Position numbers and translations under genes: made by a program
NCBI GenBank assembly: GCA_019638085.1
Contig: JAHBUL010000004.1
Coordinates: 102,444 to 166,443 of the forward strand
Reading direction: 5' to 3'
DNA length: 64,000 nucleotides
Source: Flavobacteriales bacterium
GTDB lineage: Bacteria > Bacteroidota > Bacteroidia > Flavobacteriales_F > PHOS-HE28
The notes under the pieces: generated by a model
Seen by the model: only the letters and a program-made list of their open reading frames with translations
The model's database searches: none
Told to the model about the DNA's origin: nothing
In this document: in pieces, positions 11,590 to 22,200 of the stretch
How the letters are laid out: every line of letters begins with the position of its first letter
Numbering within the stretch: the first letter of the stretch is position 1

Positions 11590-13836
11590 ATGAAACAGGT
11601 TAGACCCATATCCATTCTGCTGGCATTGCTATTCAGTTTGGCCGCCACTGGGCTTTGGGCTCAGCAGACCTACCCGCAAGTTGCGCAGATTTCCGGAAAT
11701 ATGCCCAGTGACTTCCAGATCGATTCGCTCATCATTCAGGATGGAACAGACCAATTCCCTTGTTCTCCCTTGCTGGCCCTCGTGAGGTCTTCCACCGACC
11801 CTTGGAACATCGGTTTTGACCCGTCCGGTTATACCGGTTGTTTCAACTTGGAGCGCGGCAATGGCATGAAGTCCGTTCAGATCAAACTGAACTATCGCGT
11901 CATCGGCCCAGTCCCTGCACCTCAGGCCGCATATCGATGGAGGATGGATGGAGGAGCATTCGATGCGGCTGGTTCGGTCACCGTCAATAGTCATGTGAGC
12001 ATGGGGCAGACTGGCCTATTTTATAACTACAATGATATCCTGACGGTCTCCTATGCCGCAGGTGATTCCACCGATTTCCCGGCGGTTACGCACATTTTCG
12101 CGCTAAGGGCGATGTTCGCCAACTATGACATCCGTTTCAAGGCGGTGATGATAGGTGCGAACGTAACAGAGCCGTTGGGCTATTTCGACACGCCGGCACT
12201 TCCGCTGTATATCCTGCACGACCCTCCCGGCGATCGGAGCTATGCCGAGGTTGCCAGTAGTGATGGAGCCTGCATCGGGAATGGCTTGTCGATAAACACG
12301 ACCAACTCCGAGAGTGGCTTCCTGAAGGTCAAGCTCGGAGTGTCCACGACCATAGGATGGATCGTTGAAACGGACCTCAGTGCCTACGTCCAAGGCGGCA
12401 TCACGGTATCAACTACCCAATCGCATACCACGGACATGGACATGAACACGTGCCTTTCATCGGAGAGCCTCTTCTCCACTTCCCAGTCAGGCGCTCCGCA
12501 GGACCTCTTCATTGGACGAGCCTTGCGCTATCTCTATGGGATCGGCAAGGTGGTATCCAGGCCATCATGCGATTCGGTAATCCTCACTACCCGTTTTGTG
12601 AGTGTTCCCTCGGCCGTGTTGAGCACCTATTCAAGATCCGGGTCGGAGATACGGAACAACGTGATCCCCGACCTGCAGGACACCTTGGACATACTTGCGT
12701 CAACGGTAGGGACCGCGGATACACTCTATCGCAGGAAACTGCATGCCTTGGAGGCTTGGCAGAATACATTGGCCTTGAATGATTCCATCAAGAGAGCGGC
12801 ATCCACGGCCTCCCCCACCAGTTGGTCGGGAGGAGATGGAGGCGGTACGATCGATCAAACACAAAGCCTGTCATCCACGGTAACACGGTCGCTCCGGTTC
12901 ACCACCACCTTAAGCACTGGTCTGTCCGCTGAATACGGGCTTGAGATCGGTGGCAGCGGTGTCAACGTCGGCGGAGAAGTGTCCTTTGGCTCGGAATATG
13001 CCACGACGGAAAGCTCGCAATCGAATCAAGGACATTCAATGCACTACCACATGGAGGATGACGATGTGGGTGATGCCTTTACCGTCCGGACAGCTGTCGA
13101 TTCCACCTTTGGAACCTATGTTTTCACCTTGGACAGTAGCCAATCACGTACAAGTTGTCCCTTCGAGGGCGGTTACCAACTGGACCAGCCCCGACTATGG
13201 GTAGGGCAAGTCGGGCAGGACCAAATGACGCAGGATGACATTCCCGTTGGTGGCCAGGCCATATTCCCGATCTTTGCCTGTAACAACAGTGCATATCCAC
13301 GCACCTATGAACTGCGTCTTATCAACCAATCCAACCCGAACGGCGCGATCATTTCCGGGTACAACGGCATCACCAGTGGATCTCCCGTTGAGCTCAACCT
13401 CCCCGCCAATTCCTGCGATACTGATACCGGCTATATCTACCTCTCACAACCTGACTCGTCCGTGCTGAATTTCAACAACATCCAACTCAAACTTTCCTCC
13501 GGGTGTGACGAACACGATATCAGCACCACCGTCAGTATCTCGGCGCACTTCACCCCCTCTACTGGCATCGCCGCTGCATCGGCCAGCAATGGCGCGTTCA
13601 CCGTGCGTCCCAATCCTTCAGCCGGACGCTTCGACCTGGTCACTGCGGATGCGACCAACGGCCCCATCACCGTCACCATGCATGACGGCTTGGGCCGTGT
13701 GGTGTTGCCGCAGGTTTCCTTCACCGGTCAGCGCATCATGCCCATCGACATGGAAGGAGTCGCACCTGGCACGTATTATCTCACGGCAACTTCGGCTGAC
13801 CAGCAGCACGTGTTGAGGGTGATGGTTGAACATTGA
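11590..13836 (+). CDS. large secreted protein of unknown function with T9SS type A C-terminal sorting domain
   Basis: Start at internal ATG (MKQVRPISILLALLFSLAATGLWAQQ, signal peptide). S/T/G-rich body. C-terminus ...FTVRPNPSAGRFDLV...APGTYYLTATSADQQHVLRVMVEH matches the T9SS CTD. Confidence 0.7.
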   Translation: MKQVRPISILLALLFSLAATGLWAQQTYPQVAQISGNMPSDFQIDSLIIQDGTDQFPCSPLLALVRSSTDPWNIGFDPSGYTGCFNLERGNGMKSVQIKLNYRVIGPVPAPQAAYRWRMDGGAFDAAGSVTVNSHVSMGQTGLFYNYNDILTVSYAAGDSTDFPAVTHIFALRAMFANYDIRFKAVMIGANVTEPLGYFDTPALPLYILHDPPGDRSYAEVASSDGACIGNGLSINTTNSESGFLKVKLGVSTTIGWIVETDLSAYVQGGITVSTTQSHTTDMDMNTCLSSESLFSTSQSGAPQDLFIGRALRYLYGIGKVVSRPSCDSVILTTRFVSVPSAVLSTYSRSGSEIRNNVIPDLQDTLDILASTVGTADTLYRRKLHALEAWQNTLALNDSIKRAASTASPTSWSGGDGGGTIDQTQSLSSTVTRSLRFTTTLSTGLSAEYGLEIGGSGVNVGGEVSFGSEYATTESSQSNQGHSMHYHMEDDDVGDAFTVRTAVDSTFGTYVFTLDSSQSRTSCPFEGGYQLDQPRLWVGQVGQDQMTQDDIPVGGQAIFPIFACNNSAYPRTYELRLINQSNPNGAIISGYNGITSGSPVELNLPANSCDTDTGYIYLSQPDSSVLNFNNIQLKLSSGCDEHDISTTVSISAHFTPSTGIAAASASNGAFTVRPNPSAGRFDLVTADATNGPITVTMHDGLGRVVLPQVSFTGQRIMPIDMEGVAPGTYYLTATSADQQHVLRVMVEH

Positions 13837-13866
13837 AGGAGGACCTTTCATCCCATGGATACCCTT

Positions 13867-13901
13867 AAGCGGCCGCCCCGATCGGGACGGCCGCTTTTGT
13901 T
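13867..13901 (+). terminator. rho-independent terminator (9-bp GC stem AAGCGGCCG/CGGCCGCTT followed by TTGTT)
   Basis: Hairpin aagcggccg-N13-cggccgctt then a T-rich tail, 31 nt downstream of the stop at 13836. Confidence 0.5.
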
Positions 13902-14114
13902 CCCTTCATTTCAGGGCGATCCATTTCCTGCGTTATCGACACTTGCAAGGATCGTCTTCTATCGTGTGCGATGGATCATTTTGCAACATGGCATCAACTC
14001 GCAACATCTGTACAGCATTGGGAATGGTTCTCCATCAAATTTCAAAGGTCCTTCCGCGATCCACAACCAGTTATGTGCGAGCGGATCGACAACTACCCTG
14101 ACCTTTGTACCATA

Positions 14115-14807
14115 ATGCCCCAGCCCAAGCCAGCCCGGATCACCACCTCCACCCTCGCCTTCCTGAAGGACCTTGACAAGCACAATGACCGCGATTGGTT
14201 CCTCGCCCACAAGGAGCGCTACCAAGCGGCCTTGGAGAACATGCGCGGCTTCGCGGATGCCTTGATCGAGCGGATGAACCGGCATGACCGCATTGAAACG
14301 ATCGATGGCAAGAGGGCCCTGCAGCGCATCTACAATGACCAGCGCTTCCACGATCGTCCACCCTACAAGGCGCGCTTCGGCGGCGGCCTGGCACGGGTGA
14401 AGCCGGCACTGCGCGGCGGCTACTACTTCAGCATCAAGCCCGGTGCTTCGTTCATCGCCTGTGGTTTCTTCGATCCGGAAGCGGCCGACCTGAAGCGCAT
14501 CCGCACGGACATCCAGTACGATCATGGGACATGGCAACGGCTGCTGAAGGCGAAGGCGCTGCGCAGCCATTGGGGCATGCTGGATGGCAAGCAGCTGAAG
14601 ACCGCACCGCGCGGATTTCCCAAGGACCACGAAGCCATTGAGCTGTTGCGGCACACGCAGTTCCTGTTCCGCCGCACCTTCACGGACAAGGAGGTGCTTG
14701 CCCCCGGCTTCGTGGAGGCGGTGAACGCCAGCTTCAAAAGCATTCGCCCCCTGTTCGACCATATGAGCGAGGTGCTCACCACGGACGAGAACGGGAACCC
14801 GCTTTAG
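14115..14807 (+). CDS. DUF2461 (TIGR02453) family protein
   Basis: Start at internal ATG (MPQPKPARITTSTLAFLKDLDKHNDRDWFLAHKERYQ...). The F-L-xxL-xxNN-REWF N-terminal signature and ~230 aa length fit DUF2461. Confidence 0.7.
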   Translation: MPQPKPARITTSTLAFLKDLDKHNDRDWFLAHKERYQAALENMRGFADALIERMNRHDRIETIDGKRALQRIYNDQRFHDRPPYKARFGGGLARVKPALRGGYYFSIKPGASFIACGFFDPEAADLKRIRTDIQYDHGTWQRLLKAKALRSHWGMLDGKQLKTAPRGFPKDHEAIELLRHTQFLFRRTFTDKEVLAPGFVEAVNASFKSIRPLFDHMSEVLTTDENGNPL

Positions 14808-14849
14808 TCGATCCATCACCGACCTTTACAAGAGTCCCCGAACGAGCAT

Positions 14850-16061
14850 ATGCTGAAAACGATCCGCATCTGGACCCGCACCCGCCTTCACGAAGTGGTT
14901 GAAAGCATCGCCTTCTACCCCGCCTTGATGGTACTGCTGTACATCGGTGTTGCTGCAGGGATGATCTGGTTCGACCTGTCGGGGCCGGGCGTGGAGTTGA
15001 AGGGCAACATGGGTTGGATGAGCCTAAAGGACGCCTCGGCCGCGCGCGCCATCATCTCCACCATCGCAGGCGGCATCATCACGCTTACGGTGTTCAGCTT
15101 TTCCATGGTGATGATCGTGCTGAACCAAGCGGCATCGCAATTGAGCAACCGGCTGCTGGACCGCATGATCGGCAACCGCTTCCAGCAGTTGGTGCTGGGG
15201 GCGTACATCGGCACCATCGTGTATGCGCTACTGCTGCTGAGCACCATCCGGGAGCATGATACCGGCTCCTCCGTGCCCGCGCTCAGCACCTACTTGTTGA
15301 TCCTCGCGGCCATCGTGGACATCATCCTCTTCATCTATTTCCTGCACTTCATCACCCAGGAAGTGAAGTACGATGTGATCATTGCCAAGATCCATTCCGA
15401 GGCTTTCGATTCGCTGCGCCATCATTGCCCGCTCGCACAGGAGCCTGAGGAAGAACCGCTCCCCACGCTTCCATTTGAGGTGCTGACCACTAGCGCCGGC
15501 GTATATGAGGAATTCGATAGAAAGGGGCTGCTTGCGTTCTGCGAAAAGAATGACCTCACCGTTCAATTCACCCATCTGCCCGGCACATTCCTCCTGAAGG
15601 GCGCTCCCGTGCTCGCCACCGAGCGCCCCATCGGCAGCGACCTGCAAGATGACCTGCTGAAGCTGATCCCCTTGGCGAAGACCGAATCGGTGGAAGCCAA
15701 TTTCGCATTCGGTTTCCGGCAGTTGACGGAGATCGCCATGAAGGCGCTCAGCCCGGGCATCAACGACCCCGGCACCGCCATGCTCAGCTTGCGTGCCTTG
15801 TTCGAACTGTTCAGCTTTCGCCTCGAGCAGCATCCACCGAACGAACTACGCGATGCGGAAGGTCGTGTTCGCATCCGCTTGCGGACCTGGAGCTTCGAAC
15901 TGCTCTTCAAAGCGACCATCCATGCCATCTGGGACTACGGCCACGAAGACCGCTCCATCCGCCATGAGCTGTTGAGCATGCTGGGGCAATTGCCTACGGC
16001 CTCCCCAGTGGTGATGGAGATGCGCGACCGCGTGGAAGCGGCGATCGCCAAGAACGAGTGA
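14850..16061 (+). CDS. DUF2254-family membrane protein
   Basis: 403 aa. N-terminal ~170 aa has four TM helices and the C-terminal domain is soluble. This architecture and length are typical of DUF2254. Confidence 0.6.
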   Translation: MLKTIRIWTRTRLHEVVESIAFYPALMVLLYIGVAAGMIWFDLSGPGVELKGNMGWMSLKDASAARAIISTIAGGIITLTVFSFSMVMIVLNQAASQLSNRLLDRMIGNRFQQLVLGAYIGTIVYALLLLSTIREHDTGSSVPALSTYLLILAAIVDIILFIYFLHFITQEVKYDVIIAKIHSEAFDSLRHHCPLAQEPEEEPLPTLPFEVLTTSAGVYEEFDRKGLLAFCEKNDLTVQFTHLPGTFLLKGAPVLATERPIGSDLQDDLLKLIPLAKTESVEANFAFGFRQLTEIAMKALSPGINDPGTAMLSLRALFELFSFRLEQHPPNELRDAEGRVRIRLRTWSFELLFKATIHAIWDYGHEDRSIRHELLSMLGQLPTASPVVMEMRDRVEAAIAKNE

Positions 16062-16069
16062 TCGGCCGA

Positions 16070-18130
16070 TCAGTGCGCTGCCTGCCCTGCGAGATCGCGC
16101 CACACCTTCGGATCGATGGAGGTGCCGGTCTTCACGCTACTGGCTTCATCCACTTCCTGCTGGGTGCCGTTCCCGGCAAAGGTGTTGGTGTACAAGCTCA
16201 GCGTTGCGCCCCCCAGCGCGGCCTGGTCCCGGTGCAGCACGAACACTTTTCCATTGCCGGTGAAGTCACAACCATCCACATGCACGCTGGAACCATCCAC
16301 GGCCATGATGGCAATAGCGTTCCCGCTGAACCGGCTGGCCGTTACCAAGGCCTCGCTGGACCGGCCTGCTCTCAATGCCGTGAAGGGCAGGTCGGCGAAG
16401 GTGCAACCGCGCACCAGCACGTGCGAGGCGCGTAGGCTGATCGCATTCCGCAAGGCTGCATCTCCACTCCGCGAAGGCTGTCCGAAGCCGGTACGCTCCA
16501 CGGATCCGATCACTTCGGCGAGGTTCACGAAGCCGTTCGCAGCGCCGGCCAGATAGCAATCCGCCATGGCGAAGTTGCCCCTTCGCATGCTCACAGCTGC
16601 AGCACCGTAAGTCTCACCGATGCTGCAATGGTCCATGCGGACATCTGCGCGGATGAAGCTGAGCATGCCGCCGTGGCGCACGCCGTGGGCCCAGAGATCG
16701 CTGCCTCCACTGATCCGCAGGCCGCGGATGCGCACGCGGGTATCGCCGATCCCGTTCACCGCAATGGCTCCCCACGGCTGTCCATCCACTTGAGGACGGA
16801 TGAAGACCGGATTGAGATCGGTGCCGCGCATGTGCAGCTCACCGTTCACCACTACGCTCACGCCCGGTGCCATGAACCAACGGGCACCGCGCTCCAGCAC
16901 CACGGCCATGCCTTGGGGCAACACCAGGTCATGGTCGATGTCGTACTTGCCGCGTACAAAGCGTATGGTATCCGGATCGCTGCTGAATTGCGCCAGCCAG
17001 GGATCCAACGCGATCGGCGTCTGCGGAGGTGCATCGGTAGGCGGGCCGATGAAACTGGCCGTGGCCGGATGGAATAAGCGCTGCAGGAACCGTTCGCGGG
17101 TGCGGTCCACTTCGGCCTGCACCAAGCCGATGTTGCGCCCTTTCGCGAGCACAGGTACCACAGCGGAATCAATGGTCAGGAAGCGGGCCGTCCACGCTGC
17201 ACTGTCCGCGCGCAGCCTTTCAGCCAAGCGGGCAATGCGTTGCTGGTTCGCAGCGGTGGACAATGCTTCGCGGAAGGCCGTAGGTACGGCGCCTTCAGGC
17301 TCTCCTTCCACTTTGCCAAGTCGCATGCGGTACAGCGGTGTGATGGCCCGGGTAACCCGGTCATACATGGAACCCGCTTCACCATCCAGCAGATCCGTGC
17401 GTTGCTCGGCACAGGCCAAGAGCCCGAGGGCTGCAGTGGCGGTGGTATCAAACCGCTCACTGCTCAACAGCGCTCCGGACGCGGCGGTGCCGATGGTATC
17501 CCCTGCTGCCGCGGTGGTGCGGTCGTCCTTGGCCACGGTACCATCCTCCCCAACCAAGGCCATGGCGACAAGTGCATGCTTCATCACATACTCCGGGGTG
17601 ATCCGTTCCTGGACCAGATAGGGGCCGACCTTTTTGCCATCCCGTTCCAGCTGCACCAAGGCCGTTGGAGGTGCTTCAATGGCCAACGAATCCGCTACTG
17701 CCTGTGCATACAACGCTTCCAAGGAATGCAGATCGGCCGGAACGAAGGCCAGTACCGTAGCTCCACGGAACGGCCGGTCCTCCGGGAATTCCAGCAAGAA
17801 GCTGCCCGGCGGAACCATCGTGGATCCGTTCACGGTCAGGTCCACCTGCTTTGCAGTGGCCTCGTCCTTTTCGGTCTTCAGTATGAGCTGTCCTTGTCCA
17901 CTTGCAACGAGCGAATACACTTCGGCATTTCCTTCCACATGTTGGCCGGGGCGCCGATCGAAGACCTTCTGGTAGGCCATCACCTCCCCTTGCCCGATGC
18001 CCCATGGCCATGGGCTTACCATGCGATCGTACGGCATCAACGAGAAGACCATGAACAAGGCCACGGCGGGGATGGCCAACGCGAACAACCACGCTTGGAT
18101 GCTCGGCCGGCTCCGCTTACCCTTTCTCAT
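16070..18130 (-). CDS. membrane-anchored protein with C-terminal right-handed parallel beta-helix repeats (pectin-lyase-fold-like)
   Basis: N-terminal TM (AWLFALAIPAVALFMVF). The C-terminal ~250 aa has repeated ~22-aa units with G/N/A turns (...VRGCTFADL..., ...VDGCDFTGNG..., ...LYTNTFAGNG...). Confidence 0.55.
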   Translation of the reverse strand: MRKGKRSRPSIQAWLFALAIPAVALFMVFSLMPYDRMVSPWPWGIGQGEVMAYQKVFDRRPGQHVEGNAEVYSLVASGQGQLILKTEKDEATAKQVDLTVNGSTMVPPGSFLLEFPEDRPFRGATVLAFVPADLHSLEALYAQAVADSLAIEAPPTALVQLERDGKKVGPYLVQERITPEYVMKHALVAMALVGEDGTVAKDDRTTAAAGDTIGTAASGALLSSERFDTTATAALGLLACAEQRTDLLDGEAGSMYDRVTRAITPLYRMRLGKVEGEPEGAVPTAFREALSTAANQQRIARLAERLRADSAAWTARFLTIDSAVVPVLAKGRNIGLVQAEVDRTRERFLQRLFHPATASFIGPPTDAPPQTPIALDPWLAQFSSDPDTIRFVRGKYDIDHDLVLPQGMAVVLERGARWFMAPGVSVVVNGELHMRGTDLNPVFIRPQVDGQPWGAIAVNGIGDTRVRIRGLRISGGSDLWAHGVRHGGMLSFIRADVRMDHCSIGETYGAAAVSMRRGNFAMADCYLAGAANGFVNLAEVIGSVERTGFGQPSRSGDAALRNAISLRASHVLVRGCTFADLPFTALRAGRSSEALVTASRFSGNAIAIMAVDGSSVHVDGCDFTGNGKVFVLHRDQAALGGATLSLYTNTFAGNGTQQEVDEASSVKTGTSIDPKVWRDLAGQAAH

Positions 18131-18151
18131 GGCAGCAGTTCATTGGACCGG

Positions 18152-18559
18152 TCATCGCTTGGAAACGGGACTCAGCATGTACACGAGCACCGCGACCACG
18201 GTAAGAGCCAAAGCGCTGAGCACAAAACCCAGGCCCAAGAGGGATGCGATAAGCATGAGCGGGACACCCATGCCCCTACCGTTACTGGAGCGGCTGAACA
18301 GGCCTGCGATGATCACAGCGGCCGCGATCATGATCGGTTGCCACAATTCGGAATGGATGTGGCGCACCAGCAAGGCCAGGCCGAATGCCAGCGTGAGCAA
18401 GGGCAATCGCACTATTGGACCGCGCTCGGTTGCACGGAAGCCACGGTTATAGGCCCAACCGATCAACGTTAAAGCGATGAACAGCTGAACGAGCAGCACC
18501 ACGATATCGCCAGCACCTTCAGGTATCAAATGCGACCATTGTCCGATACGCTCACGCAT
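18152..18559 (-). CDS. hypothetical four-helix membrane protein (co-oriented, 21 nt upstream of the beta-helix gene)
   Basis: 135 aa, four hydrophobic helices, no known motif. Confidence 0.45.
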   Translation of the reverse strand: MRERIGQWSHLIPEGAGDIVVLLVQLFIALTLIGWAYNRGFRATERGPIVRLPLLTLAFGLALLVRHIHSELWQPIMIAAAVIIAGLFSRSSNGRGMGVPLMLIASLLGLGFVLSALALTVVAVLVYMLSPVSKR

Positions 18560-18647
18560 AGCGGCGAAGTTCAGGCAAAGGGCTACGCTGTCGGCAGGGG
18601 GAGATCACCCTTTCGCCAACAACCCAACGTGGGTAACGCCTGAAATC

Positions 18648-19145
18648 TCAGAGATATCGGGACATCCAGGAGTTCCGCAGTGGTGTGCGGAACCGGGCAT
18701 CCATATCAGCCTTGGTGGTCACCAGATCATCGAACACGATGGTATCGGCATGGAGCACGCCGCTCCTTACCAAGGCTTCCACCTCCGGCACGCGACAGGT
18801 TTGCACTGCGCCATCCTTTTCATAGAGCACCACCATGCGGTCCGTGAGCTGCAGTCCCAGATCATTTTCCAATTTCTTGATGAACTGCACGCTTCCGTCT
18901 ATGGCACCTCCACAGATCTTCATCTCCCTCAGGTCGGCAGCGATCACCACAAAGTGGTCGTGCAGCACAGCTGAAGCCGCGAACACCGCATCACCATGCG
19001 ACATCCATGAACCAGTGAACACCGCACCCTGTTCCTTGATGGCCTTGGCTTGATCGGGGGTGAAGGCTACCGCGCTCTTGTACACCCAAACGCGGGCTTC
19101 GGCCGGCAGCATCGAAAGGGACGGAGAAAGTGAGGTCGTTTCCAT
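18648..19145 (-). CDS. conserved hypothetical cytoplasmic protein (~165 aa)
   Basis: Internal ATG start (METTSL...) chosen to avoid overlap with the divergent tri gene. Motif ARVWVYKS...FTPDQAKAIKEQ...W.SHG resembles a small Bacteroidota-conserved family; not confidently named. Confidence 0.4.
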   Translation of the reverse strand: METTSLSPSLSMLPAEARVWVYKSAVAFTPDQAKAIKEQGAVFTGSWMSHGDAVFAASAVLHDHFVVIAADLREMKICGGAIDGSVQFIKKLENDLGLQLTDRMVVLYEKDGAVQTCRVPEVEALVRSGVLHADTIVFDDLVTTKADMDARFRTPLRNSWMSRYL

Positions 19146-19204
19146 GGTACAAAGGTCGGCATCACCGGCCATCACATTCAAACCGGGTTTTTTCGCCGGA
19201 CGAA

Positions 19205-19212
19205 TAGATTTG
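19205..19212 (+). promoter_or_regulatory. candidate Bacteroidota sigma-A -7 element TAGATTTG (TAnnTTTG), 36 nt upstream of the tri ATG
   Basis: Exact match to the TAnnTTTG consensus. No clean -33 TTG at canonical spacing. Confidence 0.3.
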
Positions 19213-19247
19213 GCATCCGTGACCATCCACCACGCCAACCCCTTCCC

Positions 19248-22200
19248 ATGACCCGCATCTTCCAACTTGCTCTTGTAGCGCTCGCGCTTCTCCCCTTCTC
19301 TTCCATGGCACAGTCCGAAGCGCTCTGGCTCCGCTATCCGGCCATTTCCCCGGATGGTAGTTCCATTGTGTTCAGCTACCAAGGCGACCTATGGCGGGTG
19401 GATGCTTCCGGAGGAACAGCTTCCCTGCTCACCACCAACGAGGCCTACGAGCATTCACCGGTGTGGTCGCACGATGGTAAATGGCTCGCCTTTGCCAGCG
19501 ACCGCCATGGCAACAATGACGTCTTCGTTATGCCCAGCACCGGTGGTCCGGCCACGCGGCTCACGTACAACAGCGCCAATGATGTTCCCAGTGACTTCAC
19601 GCCGGACAACTCCGCCGTGCTCTTCAGCAGCAACCGCCTGTACAGCGCGGCCGACAGGCAATTCCCCAGCGGTCGCTTCGGTGATCTGTACCAAGTGAGC
19701 ATCAGCGGCGGCGAAGCGTTACGTGTGATGCCCACCGCTGCCGTGAATGCGCGCTACAGCCCGGATGGCTCCACGATCGTCTACCAGGACATCAAAGGCT
19801 ACGAGAATACCTTCCGCAAGCACCACACCTCCTCGGTGACGCGCGACATCTGGACCTTCAACGTGGCGAGCAAGCAGTATGCGCAGATCAGCACTTTCAA
19901 AGGCGAGGACCTGGACCCGGTCTTCAGCCCGGACGGGAAGCAGGTATTTTTTCTGAGCGGAGCCAACGGTTCGCTGAACGTATATCGCACCAGCGCGACA
20001 GGTGGAGCTTCCACGCAGATCACCTTTCTGGAGAGAGACCCGGTGCGCTACCTCTCCATCAGCAACACCGGAACGCTCTGCTTTTCCTTCCGTGGCGCGC
20101 TGTACACGATGGCATCCGGTGCCGCCCCCCAGCGCATCACCGTCAGCACCGCCACCGACAGCCGCTATGCCTCCGAAAAGACCATTCCCGTAAAGGGCGA
20201 TGCATCCGAGGTCAACCTTTCGCCGAACGGCAACGAAGTGGTCTTCGTGCATCGCGGCGAGGTCTTCGTCACCTCCGTGAAAGAAGGCACCACCCGCCGC
20301 ATCACGGACACACCGGAGCAGGAGCGTTCCGCCAGCTTCAGCCCGGACGGCCGCAGCATCATCTACGCCAGCGAGCGCAACGGCAGCTGGGACCTCTACC
20401 GCTCGTCGCTCACCCGCGAGTCCGAGAAGCAGTTCTTTAATGCCACGGTGCTGAAGGAGGAAGCTGTGCTGGCCACGCCCGCTGAAGAGTTCCAGCCCGT
20501 GTTCTCGCCCGACGGAAAAGAGGTGGCCTACTTGGAGAACCGTACTACCATAAAGGTGCTCAACCTCGCCAGCAAGAAGACGCGCACCATCCTGCCGGGC
20601 GACCGCAACTATAGCTACAGTGATGGCGACCAGTACTTCTCCTGGTCGCCGGACAGCAAGTGGTTACTTGTGGAGTTCCTGCAGAACAAGCAGTGGATCA
20701 CGCAATGTGGACTGGTGAGCGCCACGGGCGATTCACCGGTGGTGAACCTCACCAAGAGCGGCCACGGCGGTGCGCACCCCAAGTGGGCCATGGACGGCAC
20801 GGCGATGCTCTGGTTCAGCGGCCGTGATGGCATGAAGAACCAAGCGAGCTGGGGCGGGCAGGAAGATGTGTACGCCATGTTCTTCACGCAGGCCGCGCTG
20901 GACACCTTCAAACTGAACAAGGAGGAATTCGAACTGCTGAAGAAGGAGAGTGGAGACACGGATACCGCCGACAAGGATGAAAAGGGCGACAAAAAGGATA
21001 AGAAGGAAAAGGACGGAAAGAAGGGAAAAGAGGAGAAGATGGACAGCACCGTAGCTCCGTTAAAATTTGAGTTGGACGGGATCGAGAACCGGAAAGTGCG
21101 GCTCACCAACAACTCCTCCGACCTCGCTGACGCCGTGCTTTCGAAGGATGGTGAGAAGCTCTATTATTTGGCCTCCTTCGAGAAAGGGTATGACCTCTGG
21201 GAGACGGACGTGCGCAGCAAGGAGACGAAGTTGCTGGTGAAGATCGGCGCGGAAGGCGCAGGCAGCTTGGAGATGGACAAGGAAGGAAAGAACCTCTACT
21301 TCCTCAACAACGGCGGCATCTCCAAGGTGGACCTGGACAAGGGCGAGGTGAAGGGTGTGGGCATCAATGGCGAAATGACACTGAACGCCGCCGCCGAACG
21401 CGACTACCTCTTCGAGCATGTATGGCGCCAAGCGAAAGAGAAGTTCTATGTGAAGGACATGCAAGGCACCGACTGGGACTATTACAAGAAGGAGTACGCG
21501 CAATACCTGCCGTACATCAACAACGACAATGACTTCGCGGAGCTGCTGAGCGAGATGCTCGGTGAGCTGAATGCCTCGCACACCGGTGCCTACTACCGGG
21601 GCGGAAATCCGCAAGGCGATGCGACCGCTCATCTGGGCCTGTTCTATGCCAACGACACCACGCCTGGGCTTACCATCGCCGAGGTGATGGAGCGCTCGCC
21701 CGTGGTAAAGGCCGGCTCGAAGATCAAGGCCGGCACGGTGATCGAGAAGATCGATGGCCAAGCGATCACCAGCAAGGAAGACCCCGCACGTCTGCTGGAC
21801 CGGAAAGCTGATCGCAACACGCTGCTTTCGCTGTTCGACCCCAAGACCGGGAAGCGCTGGGAAGAGACCGTGAAGCCGATCAATGGCGGCGAAGAGAACG
21901 AACTGCTCTACCATCGCTGGGTGGAACGGAACCGACACGACGTCGACAGCATCAGCGGGGGCCGTGTGGGCTATGTGCATGTGCGCGGCATGAACAACGA
22001 GAGCTACAAGACCGTGTATGAAGAGGTGCTCGGCAAGTACCACGACAAGGAGGCGCTGGTGGTGGATACCCGTTACAATGGTGGCGGCTGGCTGCACGAT
22101 GACCTCGCCACCTTCCTCAGCGGCCACGTTTACATGCACCTGATGCCACGCGGCCAGGACCTCGGCACGGAACCGCAGTTCAAATGGACCAAGCCCAGCG

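Noticed and set aside
13959-14819. 286-aa ORF on - strand
   Set aside because: Antisense to the DUF2461 gene.
17240-18472. 410-aa ORF on + strand
   Set aside because: Antisense to the beta-helix protein and small membrane protein genes. Low-complexity R/G/H-rich.
20615-21112. 165-aa S/F/L-rich ORF on - strand
   Set aside because: Antisense translation of the K/D/E-rich low-complexity stretch in tri.
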